This document shows, in pieces, positions 57,238 through 64,000 of a DNA stretch of 64,000 nt. The DNA is from an uncultured Pseudomonadales bacterium (GTDB taxonomy: Bacteria > Pseudomonadota > Gammaproteobacteria > Pseudomonadales > UBA7434). A program made the position numbers and the translations under genes. Location: contig CAJQKT010000015.1 in the NCBI GenBank assembly GCA_905478995.1, positions 5,902-69,901 of the forward strand, in the 5' to 3' direction. A model generated the notes under the pieces. The model saw only the letters and a program-made list of their open reading frames with translations. It was not told the DNA's origin and did not search any database. The stretch's first letter is position 1, and each line of letters begins with the position of its first letter.

Positions 57238-57444
57238 ATGAGTAAAGGTACAGTTAAGTGGTTTAACGCCGACAAAGGTTTTGGTTTTATTACTCCTGAA
57301 GATGGCAGCAAAGATCTTTTTGTTCATCATTCAGAAATTCAAAGCGGTGGTGGTTTTGCCACGCTTAATGACGGACAAGCAGTAGAATTTGAAGTTGGCC
57401 AAGGTCAAAAAGGACCCTGTGCAAATAAAGTTGTAGCAATATAA
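57238..57444 (+). CDS. cspA: cold-shock protein, CspA family
   Basis: [29 protein letters not shown] contains the RNP1 and RNP2 motifs. 68 aa. Confidence 0.93.
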   Translation: MSKGTVKWFNADKGFGFITPEDGSKDLFVHHSEIQSGGGFATLNDGQAVEFEVGQGQKGPCANKVVAI

Positions 57445-57461
57445 TTTGTTACGAATAACAA

Positions 57462-57502
57462 AGTGCCATTTGGGTGGCGGCATACTGCGCCCAAATGGCA
57501 CT
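57462..57502 (+). terminator. 13-bp stem hairpin downstream of the csp gene
   Basis: AGTGCCATTTGGG ... CCCAAATGGCACT. The U-tract is weak and displaced (GCGTTATGCTTTTA). Confidence 0.55.
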
Positions 57503-57689
57503 GCGTTATGCTTTTATAAAATGCAATTACCGATTTAGAACCCTCTCTAATGCGATTAAAAGTCGCCACTTCCTTTAAAATCCTTTTGTGATTTCTCTGC
57601 CTTATTCAGCTTGAATTGTGCCGTGCACGGTGCTGTTGTAAAATTATGGTCGTTGAAATATGGCTGAAGCAAAAGGGTCATATTAGTGT

Positions 57690-58188
57690 GCCCCTACCAG
57701 TATCCTGTGTACCTGATGCTCAGATTTGCGATATGCAACGGTGTGATCATCGAGATGTAAGGCCAATAAAAATTATTTGTACCCCAGCACCGTGACTCCG
57801 GGAGAGATCTTTTTGATTATAAGGCCACGCTGTGGTCGTCTCGGAGTATTGCGGGCTTGGAGCATTGGGCTTTTAATGGTTGCGGTAAAGGATTTACTGA
57901 TCATCTTCAACAAATTGTATCTCTGTTAGGTGGACTTGATGTGCCTACTATAAAAGTCGGGGCTTATGGTCCTAGCTTGTCCTGGTATGACATTTACATG
58001 ACGCGAGAGAATGCTGTGGCCGCACATGCGATGCTTAACGGTAAGCGCTTGTTGCCAGTTCACTGGGCTGCCTTTAATATGGCGCGCCATATTGGGACGA
58101 GCCTATTGTGCGAACGCTTAAGGCCGCTAAGGCTCCGCACATACCAGTTGTTACCCTTCGCGCGCGCGAAGTGGTGACAGCGGGTTAG
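57690..58188 (+). pseudogene. remnant of an MBL-fold metallo-hydrolase gene (N-terminally truncated, at least 2 frameshifts)
   Basis: Three consecutive reading-frame pieces follow the order of an MBL-fold family consensus: ..KIICTPAP(stop), then VPQHRDSGRDLFDYKATLW...AFNGCGKGF..LGGLDVPTIKVGAYGP...LLPVHWAAFN, then YWDEPIVRTLKAAKAPHIPVVTLRAREVV(stop). The HxHxDH region is absent. Confidence 0.55.
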
Positions 58189-58562
58189 CCTTTCCAATCG
58201 GACCAGTGGTGGGAAACAGTCCAATAGAGCGCACTAGTCGCCCAGAATCGCCCGTTTTTAGGGCTTTAAGCGGCTTAAAACGAGATTTTTCTATGGTCGG
58301 TGGTGAAATACGCTCATGCCGTTGTTTTTAGCGACAAATTGGATTTTAGATCACGGCGGATTCGTGTATAAAACTCAGCCTGCGACGTTTCCTTGTCAGT
58401 TCGATGGTTAATGTGGCTTGTAGGTGCAACCTTGCGAGGTTTGCTAGAGGCTTATTGGGGCTTTTTGCGGCTCTATTGCGAGCTTAATCGATCAATGATG
58501 GGTCATCGCCGTGAGCGAGCCCACTACAAGAAGTAGTAATACGCGTTTTTATAAGGTTACCT

Positions 58563-61500
58563 ATGACAAACAGAAAAATTTATTTAGGCCAGATGCTTAA
58601 ACATAACGAGACGGCCGCTATTGGCGGTGAATACGTCACGATTGATAGCGAAGCTTTTTACAAGATTTCTAACTACGACCACATGGATCCATTTTTTATT
58701 AGTGTGGTTAGCGACTCGGATCACTGGCTGTATATCTCTAGTCAGGGTGGGCTCTCTGCTGGCCGCATTAATTCAGAAAACGCACTCTTTCCTTACTACA
58801 CCGACGATAAGGTTACCGATGGTTCCAGCTTTACGGGTAGTCGCACGATTGCCCTAGTCACAGTTGCTGAAAAAACATCCCTTTGGGAGCCCTTCTCTGA
58901 AAATTTAACGGGTATCTATAACATTACACGCAACATTTATAAAAATGTTTGCGGCGATAAACTTATTTTTGAAGAGATTAACCACGATTTAGGCGTCGCG
59001 TTTCAGTACGCCTGGAAAACATCCGATAAATTTGGCTTTGTCAAAACGTCTCAGCTCACCAATACGGGTGAAGCTATGGTGAGTGTGGAGATTCTCGACG
59101 GGATAGAAAATTTGTTACCTTATGGTGTTGAGCAAGGTGCACAAAATACTGTTAGTTGCTTAGTTGACGCCTATAAGAAAAATGAATTGCAGGCTGATGT
59201 GAGCCTCGGCATTTATTCTATGAGCTCAATCTTGGTCGATCGTGCTGAGCCTAGCGAGGCGCTATCGGCTACAACAGTTTGGTCGGTAGGTTTAAATCAA
59301 GCTAAAAAATTGGTGTCCTCAATTCAGCTCGATAATTTTCGTAATGGGCTTGGTATTGATCAAGAATTTGATGTAAGAGGGCGCCGTGGCGCTTATTTTG
59401 TTAATGCCGAAATTGCGCTGGCGTCTGGCGAAATTAAAGAATGGCATATGGTTGCAGAAATCAATCAAGGCCCTGCCAAAGTTAAAAATTTAATTGCCTA
59501 CATAAAAGCCGATAAAAATATTGTTGACGATATTAACAATGATATCGCACAGGGTTCTGAAAACCTTGCCCGTATTGTTGGTAATGCCGATGGTCTGCAG
59601 GTAAGTGAAGATGTTCTCAGCGCTAACCATCATTTTGCTAATGTATTGTTTAATGTGATGCGCGGTGGCCTATTCGATGATAACTACACGGTTGGCAAAG
59701 CCGATCTTATTGCTTTTGTTCAATCATTTAATAGCCAGATTTATACCCAATGTGAATCATTCTTTAACGGTTTAAGCGATCATTTTCATTATAGTGATTT
59801 CATTAAAGCTGCGGCAGCACAAGGCAACGCCAACCTTGAGCGGCTTTGCTATGAATACCTGCCGTTAACATTCAGCCGTCGTCATGGTGACCCTTCACGC
59901 CCGTGGAATAAATTTTCTATCGATTTGAAAAATGATGATGGCTCTAAGTTGCTCAATTTTCAGGGTAACTGGCGTGACATTTTTCAAAACTGGGAAGCAT
60001 TAAGTTTCTCAATTCCAAATTTTATTGAGAGCATGATTTGTAAGTTTGTGAATGCCACAACTGCAGATGGCTACAACCCCTACCGCATAACCAAGCAAGG
60101 CATTGATTGGGAGCGACTCGATGCTGACGATCCCTGGTCTAATATTGGTTATTGGGGTGATCACCAAATTATTTATTTGCTGAAATTCTTGGAGTTCTCA
60201 AACAGCCATCATCCCGGCACGCTGCAAGAGTTTTTAACTAAAAATATTTTTGGCTATGCCAACGTTCCCTACAGTCTAAAATCATACGAGGAGCTTCTCG
60301 AAGACCCGCGCAATACTATTGATTATGACGATCACAGAGATGAAATTATTGATGCTCGCGTTAACGAAGTGGGCGCCGATGGTCGAATGATATGGGGTCA
60401 CGATGGATCCGTTTTACATGTCAATCTAACAGAAAAGTTGCTGGCCACGGTACTATCTAAACTTTCTAATTTTATTCCTGAAGGCGGCATCTGGATGAAT
60501 ACCCAGAGGCCTGAGTGGAACGACGCTAATAATGCACTTGTAGGCTTTGGTGTTTCGATGGTCACGCTTTACTACACTAGGCGCTACCAGCAATATCTTT
60601 TCGATTTATTCTCGGCCATTGATTTGGACGAGGTGATGCTCACCCAAGAAATGTATGACCAGCTTGACTCGATCAATACGACATTTGAAGACCACCAAGG
60701 TTTACTCACAGGAAAAATTAGTGATACCGATAGAAAAAATGTTATGGACAGACTGGGTAAAGCAGGCGCTGATTTTAGAGCGAATATCTATAAAAATGGT
60801 TTTTCGGGCAAAACCGCTGCAGTAAAAACTGCGGATCTTCTCAGGTTTTTTGAGTTATCGCTTCAATATATTGACCACACCATTCGCGCGAATAAGCGTG
60901 ATGATGGTTTGTATCATGCTTACAATTTGATGGATTCATCCAGTGATGGTGTTGAAATTAAATACCTTTATGAAATGCTTGAGGGTCAAGTGTCAGTTTT
61001 AAGCTCGGGTTATTTGAGTCCTAAGCAAGCTATTGAGGTGCTGGGTGCATTGCGAAATTCTGCAATCTATACAGCGCGTCAACATTCATATTTGCTCTAC
61101 CCCGATAGAGAATTAGCAAGGTTTGTTGATAAAAATATTATTCCAAAATTTCAGGCAGAAGCTTCTGAGCTCATACAAGCTCTGGTGGCTGAAGGTGATA
61201 CGTCGCTAGTTGAGTTAGATGAGCAGGGCGATTATCACTTCAACGGTACTTTTAATAATGTCGACAGCGCTAAGAGCGTATTGGCTAAGCTGGCGAAATC
61301 TGGTCACGCCGATTTAGTGGCTAAAGACGCGGCATTGATTGAGGAAATTTTTGAAGGCATCTTTAATCATATTGCGTTTACCGGTCGTTCAGGTGGAATG
61401 TACGCCTATGAGGGGCTTGGCTCGATTTATTGGCATATGGTTTCTAAGCTATTATTGGCCACGTTGGAAAACTACCAGAATGCACTTGAGCAAGGCGAGG

Positions 61501-62027
61501 ACGCGGCTACCGTAGGTAAATTGGTCGATATCTACTACGACATAAGAGCGGGCATTGGTTTTAACAAAACGCCAGAGGAATACGGTGCTTTCCCGACCGA
61601 CCCTTATTCACACACACCGGGTTTTGCGGGCGCCAAGCAGCCGGGGATGACGGGCCAAGTTAAAGAAGAAGTTATTACCCGACAAATTGAACTGGGCGTA
61701 GTAGTGATAGCTGGATCTATCACATTCAATCCGGTCATTTTAAGAAAATCTGAATTTCTGTTAGCAGATGCTGAGTTGGTTTATTTTGATGTGCAAGGAA
61801 ATAAGCAGTGCGTTGCTCTGGCAAAAAATCAGCTGGGCTTTACGTATTGTCAAATCCCCGTTGTTTATAGCCTTGCCAAAGAAGCATCGATTGTTGTGAC
61901 GATGACAGATGGGACTAGTCGTGCAATCCGCGGTAATGCTATTGACGCCGATACGTCAATGCTGATTTTCGATAAGAAGTATGTGGTTGCTAAAATCGCT
62001 GTCGCACTTGAGCCGCGGCTTGATTAA
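58563..62027 (+). CDS. large cytoplasmic protein with GH94-like (alpha/alpha)6 glycoside phosphorylase/hydrolase signature motifs
   Basis: 1154 aa with no signal peptide. Motifs occur in GH94 order: NWRDIFQNWE (R-D-x-x-Q), ADGYNPYRIT, ADDPWSNIGYW, RPEWNDANNAL (compare ADWNDCLN) and GRSGGMYAYEGLGSIYW. Convergent with a GPH sugar transporter. Confidence 0.6.
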   Translation: MTNRKIYLGQMLKHNETAAIGGEYVTIDSEAFYKISNYDHMDPFFISVVSDSDHWLYISSQGGLSAGRINSENALFPYYTDDKVTDGSSFTGSRTIALVTVAEKTSLWEPFSENLTGIYNITRNIYKNVCGDKLIFEEINHDLGVAFQYAWKTSDKFGFVKTSQLTNTGEAMVSVEILDGIENLLPYGVEQGAQNTVSCLVDAYKKNELQADVSLGIYSMSSILVDRAEPSEALSATTVWSVGLNQAKKLVSSIQLDNFRNGLGIDQEFDVRGRRGAYFVNAEIALASGEIKEWHMVAEINQGPAKVKNLIAYIKADKNIVDDINNDIAQGSENLARIVGNADGLQVSEDVLSANHHFANVLFNVMRGGLFDDNYTVGKADLIAFVQSFNSQIYTQCESFFNGLSDHFHYSDFIKAAAAQGNANLERLCYEYLPLTFSRRHGDPSRPWNKFSIDLKNDDGSKLLNFQGNWRDIFQNWEALSFSIPNFIESMICKFVNATTADGYNPYRITKQGIDWERLDADDPWSNIGYWGDHQIIYLLKFLEFSNSHHPGTLQEFLTKNIFGYANVPYSLKSYEELLEDPRNTIDYDDHRDEIIDARVNEVGADGRMIWGHDGSVLHVNLTEKLLATVLSKLSNFIPEGGIWMNTQRPEWNDANNALVGFGVSMVTLYYTRRYQQYLFDLFSAIDLDEVMLTQEMYDQLDSINTTFEDHQGLLTGKISDTDRKNVMDRLGKAGADFRANIYKNGFSGKTAAVKTADLLRFFELSLQYIDHTIRANKRDDGLYHAYNLMDSSSDGVEIKYLYEMLEGQVSVLSSGYLSPKQAIEVLGALRNSAIYTARQHSYLLYPDRELARFVDKNIIPKFQAEASELIQALVAEGDTSLVELDEQGDYHFNGTFNNVDSAKSVLAKLAKSGHADLVAKDAALIEEIFEGIFNHIAFTGRSGGMYAYEGLGSIYWHMVSKLLLATLENYQNALEQGEDAATVGKLVDIYYDIRAGIGFNKTPEEYGAFPTDPYSHTPGFAGAKQPGMTGQVKEEVITRQIELGVVVIAGSITFNPVILRKSEFLLADAELVYFDVQGNKQCVALAKNQLGFTYCQIPVVYSLAKEASIVVTMTDGTSRAIRGNAIDADTSMLIFDKKYVVAKIAVALEPRLD

Positions 62028-62040
62028 CGCAGCGGTATGG

Positions 62041-62079
62041 AAAAAAGGCCGGACGCATGATCATGCGCCCGGCCTTTTT
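62041..62079. terminator. bidirectional rho-independent terminator between convergent genes
   Basis: A6-GGCCGGACGCATGA/TCATGCGCCCGGCC-T5. The 14-bp palindromic stem has one mismatch. Confidence 0.85.
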
Positions 62080-62128
62080 GCTATGCGACGTTCAAATTTT
62101 AACTAGCCGCAGGAAGTCTATGGGTGTT

Positions 62129-63574
62129 TTAAGACGCAGCTAGCGCGCCTCTTCTCGCTTCTAGCTGCTCTCTAATTGAATGAGCCTTATCTTCATCGAG
62201 GTCATAACTGCGCATGATGAAAATAGCCAGCAGTGTGCCGCACACGGGTACGATAATATATGCCATGCGTAGTCCGGTTAGCGCCTCTTCGGTTTGCACC
62301 GCAACGGTTTGATCGAAGCCTACCACACTTAAAATCGCTCCGCTAAGCAAGCCTGCGAAGGCCAAGCCAAACTTAACCATCCACCAATAAATAGCACCAA
62401 AAGTTCCTTCTCGACGCTTTCCTGTTTCCAGCTCATCAAGATCGCAAACGTCGGCGGTCATCGACATCATGATAGTGAATAAGCCGCCGATGCCAAAGAC
62501 ATAGAAAGGCAGCGGAATGAACATGAGTGCAGGGTTTTCGGGAGAAAAAAACCACCAAAACAGGATGTAGCCAATTATTGAAATTGATTGTGAAAGCAAA
62601 AATGTTTGCTTTTTGCCGAATTTTTGCGAGAGCCAAGTGATGGTGGGAATGACCAAAAAGCAGGTAAAAAGCGCCGACACAGAGCCAAACAGCGTAGGCC
62701 ATTTACCCGCAAGCTCGGCATCACCGCCATTCATGTAATACACAATAATAAACCATGAAAACGCGGCAATCGTGTTGAAGGCGTTAAACACTAAGAATGT
62801 GGCAAGGCAGATCTTGCGGAATGGCTTGCACTGGAATGTAGTGATGATGCCTTTAACAAAAACATCAAAAGTTTCTTTAATGTTCTTCCTATCAATTTTT
62901 TGAACCGGCGCGCCCGATGAGGTGTTGTTGTAGGTACAAAAGAAGGCGGGGACCAATGCCAAGCACATGCACCCCAGTCCTACCCAAATAGAGAGATACC
63001 TAGCGCCTTCGGTTGCCGATTCAAACCAGTCAGGGTCATATAAAATAATCCAAAACCAGGGGCAAATCACCCAGGCCCATTGACCGATCCACTGCGCGGT
63101 GGCCATGAGTCGAGTTCGCTCATGGAAGTCATTGCTCATTTCATAGCCCATGGCAACGTATGGGATACTAAAAATAGTCATACCTAGAAAAAATATTAAT
63201 GACCAACCAAGAAAATAAAAGAAATTATATAGCTGGCTATTATCTTCGGAGAGTTGCCACATCATGACGTAGGAGAGGCCTGCAATGATGGCGCCTATAA
63301 AAACGTAGGGACGCCTCTTGCCCCAGCGTGATGTTGTGTTGTCTGTGATGAAGCCCATAATGGGATCGGTAATTGCGTCAAATAAGCGTGGGATGAAAAA
63401 GATTAGCCCCCACAGTAGCGGATCCATACCAAGCCCTTGCACCAGTATCACCATGAAGATACCGAGTGCCGCTGGAAACATTTGATTTGCTAGCATTCCA
63501 ATACCAAAAACAATCTTTTGGCTGAGTGGAATTCTGTCTTTTTCGAGTGTGGGGTAATGATTTTTGTCAGACAT
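62129..63574 (-). CDS. glycoside-pentoside-hexuronide (GPH):cation symporter family MFS transporter
   Basis: About 12 TM segments. GPH signature DAITDPIMGFITDNTTSRWGKRRPY in loop 2-3. 481 aa. Confidence 0.88.
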   Translation of the reverse strand: MSDKNHYPTLEKDRIPLSQKIVFGIGMLANQMFPAALGIFMVILVQGLGMDPLLWGLIFFIPRLFDAITDPIMGFITDNTTSRWGKRRPYVFIGAIIAGLSYVMMWQLSEDNSQLYNFFYFLGWSLIFFLGMTIFSIPYVAMGYEMSNDFHERTRLMATAQWIGQWAWVICPWFWIILYDPDWFESATEGARYLSIWVGLGCMCLALVPAFFCTYNNTSSGAPVQKIDRKNIKETFDVFVKGIITTFQCKPFRKICLATFLVFNAFNTIAAFSWFIIVYYMNGGDAELAGKWPTLFGSVSALFTCFLVIPTITWLSQKFGKKQTFLLSQSISIIGYILFWWFFSPENPALMFIPLPFYVFGIGGLFTIMMSMTADVCDLDELETGKRREGTFGAIYWWMVKFGLAFAGLLSGAILSVVGFDQTVAVQTEEALTGLRMAYIIVPVCGTLLAIFIMRSYDLDEDKAHSIREQLEARRGALAAS

Positions 63575-63901
63575 GAATTTATTTTATCCAATTGCTTGCA
63601 GTGGTTTGCCATACTGTATGCTACTGTACAGTCGAGTAGCGACGCAACTCGCGAGTATAAACGATCTGGCTCATCTTGCTGCGTTAAAAGCGATGTTGTG
63701 CCCATTTTAGAAGGCGAAATTCACGAGCCATAATGCCGCCCAGTCTATACCTGAGCGTCGCGTGCTTAATGTGCAGCCCTGCCATTTTTGTCTTGTATAC
63801 TTAGCTTTATATGAATTTAGTATTGCCTGTTCGTGCTGTAAGTTCATGAACCTAGCGCTTTCGTTACTCGTTACGAAAATCTTGATGGCTCATCTAAAAG
63901 C

Positions 63902-63931
63902 CAGCGCATACAATGCGTTGCTTTTTTTCTT
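63902..63931 (+). terminator. intrinsic-terminator-like hairpin directly upstream of a plus-strand start codon
   Basis: CAGCGCAT-aca-ATGCGTTG (8 bp including one G-U pair) followed by CTTTTTTTC. Lies 18 nt before the ATG at 63949. Confidence 0.45.
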
Positions 63932-63948
63932 CTAGACGATTGATTGTT

Positions 63949-64000
63949 ATGCATCAAACCAGCCACCTCGACCAACGCATGAATATTGTTACGGTTGTTT
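63949..64000 (+). CDS. possible start of a gene running out of the window (MHQTSHLDQRMNIVTVV...)
   Basis: An ATG opens a frame that stays open to the window edge. Too short to identify. Confidence 0.25.
   Translation, partial: MHQTSHLDQRMNIVTVV

Noticed and set aside
45717-57444. The small-gene patch as a mobile genomic island.
   Set aside because: It has no integrase, transposase or conjugation genes, no flanking tRNA and no direct repeats. I treat it as a variable chromosomal region only.
63885-63935. Mini-ORF MAHLKASAYNALLFFF(stop), resembling a Phe-rich attenuator leader peptide.
   Set aside because: The Phe codons are the T-tract of the terminator itself, not an upstream control region. 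The geometry is wrong for ribosome-stalling attenuation.
1-64000. Search by eye for CRISPR arrays, IS elements/transposases, integrases, phage genes, tRNA/rRNA genes and known defence-system proteins.
   Set aside because: No regularly spaced direct repeats were seen. No ORF had DDE, tyrosine- or serine-recombinase motifs. No T-loop-like GGTTCGAATCC-type motif sat in a cloverleaf context. All ORFs over 300 aa have housekeeping, pilus or metabolic assignments. A computational scan (tRNAscan-SE, Infernal, DefenseFinder) would still be needed for certainty.

Overview
This looks like an ordinary chromosomal segment of a gammaproteobacterium. Its synteny resembles Pseudomonas/Cellvibrionales-type marine heterotrophs, but the taxon is not verifiable from here. 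I recognised no rRNA, tRNA, CRISPR array, IS/transposase, integrase or phage genes. Gene order is as follows. (1) hisB (5' truncated)-hisH-hisA-hisF. (2) A small hypothetical gene, then yibQ-ctpA-envC on the minus strand. (3) A yibN-like rhodanese, grxC and secB, then trmL. (4) An ~18 kb complete MSHA-type type IVa pilus locus at 9991-27985, made of split mshI, J, K, L, M, N, E, G, five prepilin-like genes, a 1430-aa MshQ-like giant and an MshP-like gene. (5) ntrC-ntrB, then a membrane-anchored retropepsin-like protease. (6) A DUF3501 / CCG-type Fe-S protein / rubrerythrin cluster, then a DUF4124 gene. (7) glnA with a readable sigma54 promoter and two NtrC enhancer sites. (8) waaA, tolC, and yqiB-cpdA-yqiA-parE. 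(9) A ~12 kb run of short, mostly single-gene stress/detox-type ORFs at 45.7-57.4 kb. (10) A frameshifted MBL-fold hydrolase pseudogene. (11) A 1154-aa cytoplasmic protein with GH94-like catalytic motifs, convergent with a GPH-family sugar transporter. I found no clear defence or mobile system. Four items deserve follow-up most: the GH94-like giant (possibly an unclassified glycoside phosphorylase family); the MshQ-like protein, in which a LamG module is nested inside a discoidin-like domain; the uncharacterised rubrerythrin/CCG/DUF3501 cluster inserted between glnA and ntrBC; and the long predicted glnA leader. All family assignments rest on motif reading and memory of family consensus, not on database searches.
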